Below are positions 41,205 to 50,219 of a stretch of DNA of 64,000 nt, in pieces. A program made the translations under genes and the position numbers. A model generated the notes under the pieces. It searched no databases. It saw nothing but the letters and a program-made list of their open reading frames with translations, and was not told the DNA's origin. This stretch comes from Fibrobacteria bacterium (GTDB lineage: Bacteria > Fibrobacterota > Chitinivibrionia > Chitinivibrionales > FEN-1185). Position 1 is the first letter of the stretch. The number at the start of each line of letters is the position of its first letter. The DNA is taken from NCBI GenBank assembly GCA_037447435.1, contig JBBIGR010000008.1:88619-152618 (forward strand), given 5' to 3'.

Positions 41205-42122
41205 TCAGATTTTTTGCGGAAACTTTTTGTTCCACCACAAAACGATCGGGCTGGCGATATATACCGTCGAGTATACGCCGCTTGCGCAACCCACGAGCAT
41301 TGCAAGCGAGAAGTCCCTGATGACCTGGCCGCCGAAAATCGACAACGCGATGAGCACGAAGAGCACTGTTGCGGTCGTGATAATCGTCCGCGACAGGGTT
41401 TGGTTGATACTTTTGTTGATCATGGTTTCAACATTCGGCCCTAAGAGCTTTCCATTCATATTTTCGCGAACGCGGTCGAAAACCACGATCGTGTCGTTTA
41501 AGGAATATCCCACGATCGTGAGCAATGCCGCAATGATGCCGAGGGAGATTTCCCTGTTTGTCAAAGAGAAGAACCCGAGGGTTATGAACACGTCGTGGAA
41601 AAGGGACAGCACGCCGCCGAGTCCGTACGGAATGTTGAACCGTATTCCCATGTACAGCACGATACCGACCAGCGCCAGCATCACGGCCCAAAACGCCTTG
41701 CTCGAAAGTTCGGCGCCGATTTTGGGTCCGACTTTTTCTTCGTATCGCACTTCGAACTTGTTATCGGGATACCCTTTTTGAATTGCTTGCTTGACCGCAT
41801 CGCCGATGGTGGTACCTTCGGCCTGCTTTTTCACCGTAACCTGGATTTCATTGTTTTTAACAGGTCCGATGGTTTTAATTTCCGCCTGGCCGTATTGAAG
41901 ACCGTCCACCAGCTCGCGAATTTTGCCGATATCATTCTCGATCGGTTTCTCGAACCTGAGCTGAATTGCGGTTCCGCCGGTAAACTCGATGGAAGTGTTG
42001 AATCCTTTATGATAGATTATGGAACCAACGGTAATCAGCAGCAGGATGCCCGAAATTGAAAAGGCGATTTTCCATACGCCGATGAAATTAATGTTGGGGA
42101 CTTTCTTGAATATCTGAATCAT
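41205..42122 (-). CDS. secF: Protein translocase subunit SecF
   Basis: IEFTGGT, VGPKIGAEL, LFHDV, LTIVGYSLNDTIVVFDRVRE, TLSRTI. Confidence 0.96.
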   Translation of the reverse strand: MIQIFKKVPNINFIGVWKIAFSISGILLLITVGSIIYHKGFNTSIEFTGGTAIQLRFEKPIENDIGKIRELVDGLQYGQAEIKTIGPVKNNEIQVTVKKQAEGTTIGDAVKQAIQKGYPDNKFEVRYEEKVGPKIGAELSSKAFWAVMLALVGIVLYMGIRFNIPYGLGGVLSLFHDVFITLGFFSLTNREISLGIIAALLTIVGYSLNDTIVVFDRVRENMNGKLLGPNVETMINKSINQTLSRTIITTATVLFVLIALSIFGGQVIRDFSLAMLVGCASGVYSTVYIASPIVLWWNKKFPQKI

Positions 42123-42200
42123 AATTTAAGTATCCTTCTTTTCTGTATATCCTGGTTTGGTACTTTCGATTATTCTAAAATCAACACCATGAAACAATTC

Positions 42201-43886
42201 TCAGATGCTAAGCTTCTCTCCCGTTTTAGGGGTGAAAACATTATACATGATATGGGTCATATACAACGATGTGAACATCGAAATGAGAAGACCGAACATA
42301 AGCGTTACGGCAAAGCCTTTGATCGGGCCGGTGCCGATCCATAGAAGGATACCCGCCTTGATTAACATGGTGAGATTTGAGTCTATGATGACGACAAATA
42401 CCCGCTTATACCCTATTTCTATGGCATTTTTAACCGTTTTGCCCAGATGCAATTCTTCACGGATACGTTCGCAAATCAGCACGTTCGCGTCTACCGCGAC
42501 CGCAAGGTTAAGCACCAGTCCCGCGATACCGGGAATGGTAAGCGTCGCATTCACCATTGCCATTGCGGCCAGAACGAATATCAGGTTGATGACAAGAGCG
42601 ATTACGGCATATATGCCGCTCATTCTATAATAGATAATGATGAAAATGGCGATGAGAAAGCAGCCGATCAACGCCGCATATACGCAATCGCGAATCGAAT
42701 CCTGTCCGAGTGACGGTCCGACGGTTCGCTGTTCCATGATTTTAACCGGGGCGGGAAGTGCTCCTGCTTTGAGAACCACGGCAAGATTTTTCGCCTCTTC
42801 CATGGAAAAGCTTCCCTCGATTTGCGCGCGTCCCGAAGGAATTTTGCTTCGAATGACCGGTGCCGAATAAACCGTACTGTCCAGCACGATGGCCATGTAT
42901 TTGCCGATGTTCGCTCCGGTCACCCGCGCAAATGTCCGGGCGCCTTTGTTGTTCATTTCCATTTCGACGATCGATGCGCCGGCCGAGAAACCGCTTCTGT
43001 CTATGGAGCCGCGGGCGTCTTTGATGGCGTCGCCGCGCATTTCGGGACGGCTCTTGACATAATAAAGCATCCGGTAAATCGACGCGTTCAGCACGCGCGT
43101 TTCATGTCCCCATAAAAAGTTGCTGCCGCCGAGTCCGGAACGTTCGAGCGCGGTCTGGACATCTTTACGTCCAAGAATTTCGTTGACTTTTGCCTTGTTG
43201 CTTTCGAGCACGCCGATCTGTTCGCCGACGCCGGTAAGCAATTCGGACAATGTCGTGGCCGCAACCGCCTCGTTGGCGGAATCTTTTGCAGCGGTCGTGT
43301 CTTTCTTTTCGTCTTTACCCGAGAAAAGGCTTTGCGCCTTGCTTTGCGCTTCTTTGGTTTTCTGCGTCGCGGTATCTTTCGTTGTGGTCGCACCGCTGTC
43401 TGCGACTTTTTGTCCTTTTAAAACATTGTCGACTACTTTGATCGCGCGTTCCAATTCCGCAGGTTCCCGCAGTAAGTTGAATTCGAGCTGCGCCATGGAG
43501 CCGATAACGCTCGAGGCGGCCGATTCGTCGCGGAACCCCGGGAGTTCGACGATAATGCGGTCTTTGCCTTGTTTTTGAATCGAAGGTTCGGCAACGCCGA
43601 GGCCGTTGATACGGTTTTCGATGACCGTGAAAGCGCGGTCGAGAAGATCGTCATTGACTTCCTTGGGTAAATTCGACCGGTCCACTTCCAAAACTATTCT
43701 CATACCGCCCTGGATATCGAGCCCCAGGTTGATGATTTTTTTGAAAATGGTAGGATGGCTTTGAGCGTATTTTTCCTGCTCGGCCGGGCTCTTTGTGTAA
43801 AAAATGACCGAATCTTTCAGAAAAAACCCCGCGATAACGATGAGCGCGGCAGTAATGATCAGTCCGACGGTAATATTACTTTTCAT
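42201..43886 (-). CDS. secD: Protein translocase subunit SecD
   Basis: LGLDIQGG, RINGLGVAEP, LKAGALP, VGPSLGQDSI, LTIPGIAG, AVDANVLICERIREE. Confidence 0.96.
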   Translation of the reverse strand: MKSNITVGLIITAALIVIAGFFLKDSVIFYTKSPAEQEKYAQSHPTIFKKIINLGLDIQGGMRIVLEVDRSNLPKEVNDDLLDRAFTVIENRINGLGVAEPSIQKQGKDRIIVELPGFRDESAASSVIGSMAQLEFNLLREPAELERAIKVVDNVLKGQKVADSGATTTKDTATQKTKEAQSKAQSLFSGKDEKKDTTAAKDSANEAVAATTLSELLTGVGEQIGVLESNKAKVNEILGRKDVQTALERSGLGGSNFLWGHETRVLNASIYRMLYYVKSRPEMRGDAIKDARGSIDRSGFSAGASIVEMEMNNKGARTFARVTGANIGKYMAIVLDSTVYSAPVIRSKIPSGRAQIEGSFSMEEAKNLAVVLKAGALPAPVKIMEQRTVGPSLGQDSIRDCVYAALIGCFLIAIFIIIYYRMSGIYAVIALVINLIFVLAAMAMVNATLTIPGIAGLVLNLAVAVDANVLICERIREELHLGKTVKNAIEIGYKRVFVVIIDSNLTMLIKAGILLWIGTGPIKGFAVTLMFGLLISMFTSLYMTHIMYNVFTPKTGEKLSI

Positions 43887-43914
43887 GGCGTTTGAAGAAT
43901 TCCTTTCCGTAAAG

Positions 43915-44325
43915 TTAGGTCCCTGAATTTTGGTTGTTCGTAGTCTTGGCCTGGAGAAATTCTCGGACCTTTTCCACGATATCTTTTGGGTTTTGCGGTT
44001 TTGTCAGGTACAAATCACAGCCGATACGCTGGCCTTCTCTGTAATCGTGTTCCTGATTTAAGGCCGTAAACAGGAAAATGGTTATATCTTTTGTTTCCGG
44101 GTTGCTTTTCACCCATTCGCAAACATCGAAGCCGGTTTGTCCGAATAAAATGACGTCGAGTATGATGAGATGCGGGCGTTCCTTCTTAACCACCTGCATC
44201 GCCTGGTTCGCCGTTATCGCTTCGAAAACAGTGTATCCTTCCAGTTCCAGGAACAGCCGAAGGATTTTCCGGATACCCGGTTCGTCGTCGACCAGAAGGA
44301 TTCTATACGGATTCTGTTTGGTCAA
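43915..44325 (-). CDS. Single-domain response regulator
   Basis: ILLVDDE, IILD (phospho-Asp), FTA, LTKP. TTG start at 44325 is inferred. Confidence 0.88.
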   Translation of the reverse strand: MTKQNPYRILLVDDEPGIRKILRLFLELEGYTVFEAITANQAMQVVKKERPHLIILDVILFGQTGFDVCEWVKSNPETKDITIFLFTALNQEHDYREGQRIGCDLYLTKPQNPKDIVEKVREFLQAKTTNNQNSGT

Positions 44326-44430
44326 GGTTCGTGTCCTACTTTGATGTATTGCGCAAAAAAAAGCGGGCCCGACCATATAAAAAAAAGAAAGGGCCCATTA
44401 CTACCCTGCAGACCAATATCTTAAAATAAT

Positions 44431-44477
44431 ATGTGGCCTTATCGACTACCTAAAAACTACGATACGAAAGGCCACAT
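44431..44477. terminator. Hairpin downstream of the beta-CASP gene
   Basis: ATGTGGCCTT / AAGGCCACAT inverted repeat. Confidence 0.5.
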
Positions 44478-44493
44478 TTTTTAACGCGCGGAT

Positions 44494-45891
44494 TTAAAAC
44501 ACGAGCGTTTCCTCCGAAGTCGGGTAATACACGTTCTTATATCCCTTTGCTAAAATCGAGTCTTTGAAAGCCAATGCCTGGTCTTCTTCGCCATGCACCA
44601 ATACGACATGCCGGCATTTATCGGGCGGAGAGTAATCAACGTAATTCATGAGGTCGTTACGGTCGGCATGGGCGCTGAATGCATCCAATGTTTTGATCTG
44701 GGCCTTTACCGGATGTTCCATGCCGAAAATACGCACGGTTTTGGAGCCGTCCATAATTTTACGTGCAAGCGTTTCCTTGGCGGCATAGCCGACGAATAAA
44801 ATCATATTCTTCGGGTTTTCTATATTATTCCGCAAGTGATGCAGGATGCGGCCGCCTTCGGCCATTCCCGATGCCGAGATGATGATATGCGGATACGACA
44901 GGCCGTTGAGCTCTTTGGACCCCGTGATATCGTGGATGTACTTGAGCCGCGAGAACCCGAACGGGTCTTCGTTATTGTCTACAAAAATCCTGTTGGTTTC
45001 CCTGTCCATGCATTCCGGATGCGCGCGAAACACTTCCGTCGCGTCGCAGGCAAGAGGGCTGTCTACGTACACGGGCATGTCCGGGATTCTGTTTTCATCG
45101 AACAGTTTGTGCAAATGATACACGAGCTGTTGCGTGCGGCCGACGGCAAATGCCGGGATTATTATTTTCCCGCCTCCCGCAGCGGTTTCGCGTATGGTTT
45201 TGGCAAGTTCCTCTTCCACATGATCGGCCGGGCTATGCACCCTATTGCCGTAGGTACTTTCCATAAGCAATATGTCGAGATCGCGCAAAATATTGGGGTC
45301 CTGAATCACCGCCATGTTGGGGCGTCCGATATCTCCGGAAAAGCCGAATCGGATGAGTCTGTTGTTTTCGGTGATTTCCATGGAAATTCCCGCAGAGCCC
45401 AAAATATGGCCCGCATCGCGGAATGTCGCATTCACACCCGGAGAAACGGTAAAACTTTTATTATAAGGAACGGGCACGAATTTGTGAAGCGAGGCCTCGA
45501 CATCTTTTATGGTATACAGCGGTTCCAGCGGCGTGTCGTGCTGACGCATTTTTTTCGCATTGACAAATTCTAAATCTCTCAGTTGCAAATACGCGGAATC
45601 GCGAAGCATGATGCGGCACAAATCGACCGTGGGCGGGGTCGCGTAAATCGGCCCGTCGAACCCGCGCTTGACAAGATTGGGTATATTGCCGCTATGGTCG
45701 ATATGGGCATGCGATAAAACGAGACATTCGATTTTTTTCGGGTCGAATTTGAAATTCTGGTTCCGCTCATACGATTCCTGGCGACGGCCCTGATACAATC
45801 CGCATTCGAGCATCGTCGAATGCCCGTTGACCGTTAAAACATACTGGGATCCCGTTACCGTTTGCGCTCCGCCGAAGCATTGCAGTTTCAT
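44494..45891 (-). CDS. MBL-fold beta-CASP metallo-hydrolase (RNA-processing type)
   Basis: GGAQTVTGS, LSHAHIDHSG, AGHILGS, FSGDIG, PAFAVGR, FSAHAD, VHGE. Confidence 0.93.
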   Translation of the reverse strand: MKLQCFGGAQTVTGSQYVLTVNGHSTMLECGLYQGRRQESYERNQNFKFDPKKIECLVLSHAHIDHSGNIPNLVKRGFDGPIYATPPTVDLCRIMLRDSAYLQLRDLEFVNAKKMRQHDTPLEPLYTIKDVEASLHKFVPVPYNKSFTVSPGVNATFRDAGHILGSAGISMEITENNRLIRFGFSGDIGRPNMAVIQDPNILRDLDILLMESTYGNRVHSPADHVEEELAKTIRETAAGGGKIIIPAFAVGRTQQLVYHLHKLFDENRIPDMPVYVDSPLACDATEVFRAHPECMDRETNRIFVDNNEDPFGFSRLKYIHDITGSKELNGLSYPHIIISASGMAEGGRILHHLRNNIENPKNMILFVGYAAKETLARKIMDGSKTVRIFGMEHPVKAQIKTLDAFSAHADRNDLMNYVDYSPPDKCRHVVLVHGEEDQALAFKDSILAKGYKNVYYPTSEETLVF

Positions 45892-46079
45892 ACGCTCTCC
45901 TCGAAGAAGGTGTCTGCTCTGATTTGATTGTAACACCCGAGCAAGGCAATGTAAAGCGCGTTAAAACGGTTTCTTGTAAATTGTAATGACATTTATTATT
46001 TGATAATGGGCGCATCGGCGCTTGGTTATTTTTAAAGTTCGAACGGTATCATCAATCAAACCGATTGTAGGGGGAACTG

Positions 46080-46751
46080 ATGCAGGTAAGCTCAAAGGCA
46101 ATAGGCATTTTTTTAACGGTCATTTTTTTTAGCGCCGGTTCTTTTGCCGAAATAGTTCCGGAATACAGCGCGGGTGCGCGTTTGGGCATAAACATATCGT
46201 CGATTTACGGCGATACCGTGCAAACGACCATGGCCAGGGTCGGATTGAACATCGGCATGTACTTTACAGCCTGGCTCACGGATAAAATCGCCCTGCAGCA
46301 GGAGGCCGTAATCGGCACCCGCGGCGAACGGTGGAAAGATCCCAACAACGTAGACCCGTTCGTGTATACCCGATACGCAACCGTGTCGACCTACCTCGAC
46401 CTGCCGCTTCTTGTCAAATGGCGGTTCTACCAGTCCGATGCCTTGCGGCCCGCAGTCTATATCGGGCCTACCTGCGCCATCGCGCTTGTCGCGGAAAGCG
46501 AATACGGCACCACGTCGCAGGACATGATGGAAAAAACCAATCGGTTCGACTTCGGCATAACCGCGGGATTTTCGATGGACATCCGTCAGGGAAACTATTT
46601 CATTCCTGTTGATATACGGTATAATCTGGGCCTGACGAATTATGTCAAGCCCGACGATTACGGAACCACGGCGCGGCACGGCGTTTTGTCGGTTTCGGTG
46701 GGCTTGGGGCATTTGCTCGAATTCGGAAAGAAAAAAGAAAAAGAATTCTGA
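46080..46751 (+). CDS. PorT-like outer-membrane beta-barrel protein
   Basis: Signal peptide, GARLGINIS, YLDLPLLVK, DFGITAG, DIRYNLGLTN. Confidence 0.8.
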   Translation: MQVSSKAIGIFLTVIFFSAGSFAEIVPEYSAGARLGINISSIYGDTVQTTMARVGLNIGMYFTAWLTDKIALQQEAVIGTRGERWKDPNNVDPFVYTRYATVSTYLDLPLLVKWRFYQSDALRPAVYIGPTCAIALVAESEYGTTSQDMMEKTNRFDFGITAGFSMDIRQGNYFIPVDIRYNLGLTNYVKPDDYGTTARHGVLSVSVGLGHLLEFGKKKEKEF

Positions 46752-46786
46752 TCGTCCGCAAAAGCATGGGAATTTCTGCGTCGAAA

Positions 46787-46807
46787 GAGACCGAATATAT
46801 CGGTCTC
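46787..46807. terminator. Hairpin between convergent genes
   Basis: GAGACCGA-ATATA-TCGGTCTC. Confidence 0.55.
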
Positions 46808-46831
46808 ACATAAAAACTCCTCAAGTCCCGA

Positions 46832-47389
46832 TTATGCCGACATGGTATTATCGGTCAATGCCTGCAGCATGGCCAGCGAATTTGAGCTGCTGCTTGCGCT
46901 TGAACCGGTGTCCGTCGACGGTGTCGTCATCAACGCCTGCAACATCGAAAAATTACTGTCGAAACTGCTGCCGTTGCTGTCGGAATTTCCCAACGCATCC
47001 ATAAGCGGATCGCCGGAGGAGGAACTATCGGTCGCGTTTAACATTTGTAAAAAAGGATCGTTGCTGCTCGAATTTGTCGTGCCGTTTAGGGCCTGCATAA
47101 ACGGGTCGGTGGAATCCGTATTGTCGGTATTATCTATCGACTGAAGAAACGGATCGTTTGCATCGGCATTGCCGAACATGCTTTGAAGATTCTGAAGCAT
47201 GCCGAGATTGCTGACGCTGCTCGTTCCTTGCTCCGCATCGGTAGGCTGCGTTGTTTGCAACAAGTTTGAGAACAAGTCGGTGTTGTCCGAAGATGAGTCG
47301 GCTTGGGAGGAATTGCTCGCATTCAAAGAGTCGAGCAGGCTTTGCCATTGCGCTTGCAGGGAATTACTGGTGACTTGTGAGACGTCCAT
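46832..47389 (-). CDS. Acidic Ser/Asp/Asn-rich low-complexity protein with DPF(L/M)QxL repeats
   Basis: 185-aa ORF with AAAGGGG RBS and repeats NDPFLQSI, TDPFMQAL, NDPFLQML, GDPLMDAL. Confidence 0.65.
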   Translation of the reverse strand: MDVSQVTSNSLQAQWQSLLDSLNASNSSQADSSSDNTDLFSNLLQTTQPTDAEQGTSSVSNLGMLQNLQSMFGNADANDPFLQSIDNTDNTDSTDPFMQALNGTTNSSSNDPFLQMLNATDSSSSGDPLMDALGNSDSNGSSFDSNFSMLQALMTTPSTDTGSSASSSSNSLAMLQALTDNTMSA

Positions 47390-47424
47390 ACTATACCCCT
47401 TTCAATATAGATAATATGCCTTTG

Positions 47425-47436
47425 GACATCCCTGTC
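47425..47436 (-). promoter_or_regulatory. CsrA/RsmA-type GGA hairpin in the 5' leader
   Basis: RNA reads GACA-GGGA-UGUC, matching the CsrA consensus core ACARGGAUGU. Confidence 0.55.
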
Positions 47437-47465
47437 TTTGGCCGGATTTTTCTTTATCATTCATT

Positions 47466-47492
47466 TCATCGGAGGGCCTGCTGTTTTGCTTA
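47466..47492 (-). promoter_or_regulatory. Sigma-28 (FliA)-like promoter
   Basis: Minus strand TAAG-N15-TCCGATGA versus consensus TAAA-N15-GCCGATAA. Confidence 0.55.
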
Positions 47493-47619
47493 AGTTTTCT
47501 TGGCATTTATTATTACCCTTGCATTAATTTGCATTTTTATTGCGATCGGCGGAATGGTCGCGAATGAAATTCCAAAGCCCGAGACCATACCGAAGTCAAA
47601 CGACGGGGTCATTACAACT

Positions 47620-48453
47620 ATGAATAATACCGCAATGTCCGGCGTTCAAATGACGCTTTTGATGCCCCTGATGAGCAGGGCGCGAATAACGAAACAGCAT
47701 CCGTTTCTGCTTAATGATCCCAAAGCAATAGAACTGGTGGAACTGTTGTCGGGCCCCTTGCCCGATAAGAGCGATGCAAAAATTATTCATGCGGATTTGG
47801 GAAATGCGGTACGGGCCCGCAATTTCGACGATGAAATAAAAGCCTTTATCGCAGTGCATCCCAAAGCGACAATTGTGAATTTGGGATCGGGTTTCGATAC
47901 GACGTTTTCCAGAATCGATAACGGCGAAGTTACCTGGTTCGATATCGATTTTCCCGAAGTCATGGAACTAAGACGACTCATAATTCCCGAAACAATACGC
48001 AGCCGCTGCGTCGCCTCCTCGATACTCGATAAATTGTGGGTGCGCGAAGTACGCGAAATCGGCCCTGTCGAAAACGGTGTTTTGTTTATTGCGGGCGGGG
48101 TTTTGCCGTATTTGTCCAAGTCAGACGTTACCCAGCTTTTTTCACTGCTTGCGGATAATTTTCCAAACGCCGAATTTGTTTTTGATGCGGTTTCGATGCT
48201 TGGAAAAACATTGTCGAATAATGCCATAAAAAAGGCGGGCATATCGTCTACACGCATGCAATGGGCAATAGGCCGCAACGCGAATTTACGCAAACTCGAC
48301 AAACGAGTCGCGGTCCAAAACCGGTATTCGATGTTTGCAAATATCAAGCGAACGCCGGATTTTGAAAAAGGAATGATACGGATAATGGACCGTTGCGACG
48401 CATGGTGGAACATGAGCGTGGTCCATTGCAATTTTTTAGGGGCCCGGCATTAA
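47620..48453 (+). CDS. LCM/TcmP-family class I SAM methyltransferase
   Basis: GVQMTLL.PL..RA, DPKA, RARNFD, VNLGSGFDT..SR, DIDFPEV..LR. Upstream in-frame starts (47500, 47554) are possible. Confidence 0.85.
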   Translation: MNNTAMSGVQMTLLMPLMSRARITKQHPFLLNDPKAIELVELLSGPLPDKSDAKIIHADLGNAVRARNFDDEIKAFIAVHPKATIVNLGSGFDTTFSRIDNGEVTWFDIDFPEVMELRRLIIPETIRSRCVASSILDKLWVREVREIGPVENGVLFIAGGVLPYLSKSDVTQLFSLLADNFPNAEFVFDAVSMLGKTLSNNAIKKAGISSTRMQWAIGRNANLRKLDKRVAVQNRYSMFANIKRTPDFEKGMIRIMDRCDAWWNMSVVHCNFLGARH

Positions 48454-48519
48454 GATGCAGGGCCCTATTAATCAATTCAAATGCATGATTACAGTGACAA
48501 TTGCAGCTTTTTCTCATTT

Positions 48520-48591
48520 CCCTCACCCCTGGCCCCTCTCCCATTAATGGGAGAGGGGAAAAGGGGAATGGGGGTTAAGGAGTGAGGGTTA
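48520..48591. repeat. REP-like palindromic element, copy 2
   Basis: Same CCCTCACCCC...CCCTCTCCCATTAATGGGAGAGGGG...GTGAGGGTTA unit as 41096-41165, between convergent genes. Confidence 0.85.
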
Positions 48592-48626
48592 AAGATAGCT
48601 TTTACTTATGAACCGCTTTGTAATTC

Positions 48627-49421
48627 TTATCCTGCTTTGACCGCTTCGTTATTTGTCGTGACCGCTGTCGGATTCGATTCGGAGGATGCTTTTCCGTTAC
48701 TGTCTTTTGCCCGCGTTCTGCGCCTATGCGCCAAAGCCATGACATCCGAAATGGCGACATTGAGTTCCGATACGAGATTGGCAAAGGCAGCGGGATCTTT
48801 TTGCGCTTGACCATCTATATAATTAAATAGTTGGTTAATGTGATAGCCTACTTCATTGCATTCGGTTTTGGTGTCGGACACCGACACTGTTTTTCCTTCG
48901 GCCGTTACTTTCGTCTGATACGCCGTTTCGTAGGCCGTTTGTGCGTTTGTCAATGCCGTCACCAGGTCCGAGATCTGCAGCAGGTTGATGTAGGACTGCG
49001 CATCGGGATTTTTAAAACTTTCCAGTATCCTCATGATCGCGCCGGTTTTTTTCGTGTTACCTATTCTATCTATCCGGTTTCCCGGCAATTTAATTTTTTC
49101 CATTAAATAATCGGCTGCGGTTTTGATATCGGGCCGCATCGTAATGCCGCATGAACCGTCTATACAACTATAAAGGCTGCAAAACGCCTCATTACGCGCC
49201 TCATCTTTTGCGGTAAGATCATCCGTAAACAAAGCAGTCTTTTTGGCCTGGACCGTAGCTTCGAGGCTTAAAGAAGAATTCATAATATCCTGCAATTTGC
49301 CCGTCACATACGGGTCTTTTGGGCCATTACGGGAAACAATTTCGCAAAACCTTCCCGCGCAGGCGATGAATTCATCCGGCCTAAGTAAAGACGAAAAAAA
49401 GCTTTTCACATCTTTGTTCAT
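48627..49421 (-). CDS. Alpha-helical protein, DUF6261/HagB-like
   Basis: AGGAGG RBS. T..L...DE.RN.AF..L motif, AA..L, and helical LV..L..A...YE pattern. Family assignment is from recall only. Confidence 0.6.
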   Translation of the reverse strand: MNKDVKSFFSSLLRPDEFIACAGRFCEIVSRNGPKDPYVTGKLQDIMNSSLSLEATVQAKKTALFTDDLTAKDEARNEAFCSLYSCIDGSCGITMRPDIKTAADYLMEKIKLPGNRIDRIGNTKKTGAIMRILESFKNPDAQSYINLLQISDLVTALTNAQTAYETAYQTKVTAEGKTVSVSDTKTECNEVGYHINQLFNYIDGQAQKDPAAFANLVSELNVAISDVMALAHRRRTRAKDSNGKASSESNPTAVTTNNEAVKAG

Positions 49422-49571
49422 ACACCCCTCCTATTAGTTAAATAAAGACCCATGGCGGGAAACAGTTATCCGATAATCCGGACTCACCTGTTCGTTAAGA
49501 CGCCACGGCTATTTATATGGAATAGTATTTAAAAAAGATGCATATCTTATGGAGCAATTGTCGTTCCAGTT

Positions 49572-49900
49572 TTAAATTGTACGAAAATTGCATCCCCCAA
49601 AAATTTCGGGGCAAATTTTGCGCGAAAAACGGCTCCGCATTATTGTTATCGGGAAAATTCGTACGAAAAAACGTAAAACAATTTTTGCAAATGAGAATAT
49701 CGCACGATTTTGCGAGAAAAAATTCCTGGGATCGATAAAATTACGGCGAAAAATGCAAAACCATTCTTGGGGATAAGAAAAATCGCGCATAAAACGCTAT
49801 AACAAATTTTGTTTATGGATTTTTGCTGCGTTTTTGGGCTTCCCATTTTTTGTTATGCGTTATATGCCGCGAAAATCGGACGCGCAAAAAATGTTTGTCT
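49572..49900. repeat. Degenerate tandem array, 8 units with 41-bp period
   Basis: Units start at 49572, 49613, 49654, 49695, 49737, 49778, 49819 and 49860. Conserved columns: T6, S8, R10, C11, G12 (7/8), W13-17, SS19-20, CA26-27 (6/8). Confidence 0.75.
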
Positions 49901-50219
49901 TGATTTCGCATAATCAGTAAGAAAATTCCGGATTTTGCGAAGAAATATCCAACATATATATGCTTATTTTATTTACGTGCCCTCATCATCTCACATAATT
50001 GCCAGAACTAACTTCTAACGATCATCGGCCTTGCCAAAAGAGTGGAATGGATGAAGCAAACGAAGGCGGTTTGGATAAATAGCCGACAGAATATTTCGTT
50101 GCGCTGAAAATTGTAATAATACTATATTGATTTTACCTACCTATTGAATGTCAATGCTCGTATAGAGCCGTATAATGACGTTATTCCATTCTTTGTTTTA
50201 AAAGAAAGGACATCTCTTT

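Noticed and set aside
41143..41781. 212-aa plus-strand ORF
   Set aside because: Antisense to secF and starts inside the REP-like element.
44836..45573. 245-aa plus-strand ORF
   Set aside because: Antisense shadow of the beta-CASP gene.
47787..48431. 214-aa minus-strand ORF
   Set aside because: Antisense shadow of the methyltransferase.
49538..49846. Four short overlapping ORFs
   Set aside because: They overlap on both strands across the 41-bp array, whose period is not a multiple of 3, and show no RBS or motifs.
49572..49900. Canonical CRISPR array
   Set aside because: No identical repeats, the unit is too short for repeat plus spacer, and no cas genes are present.
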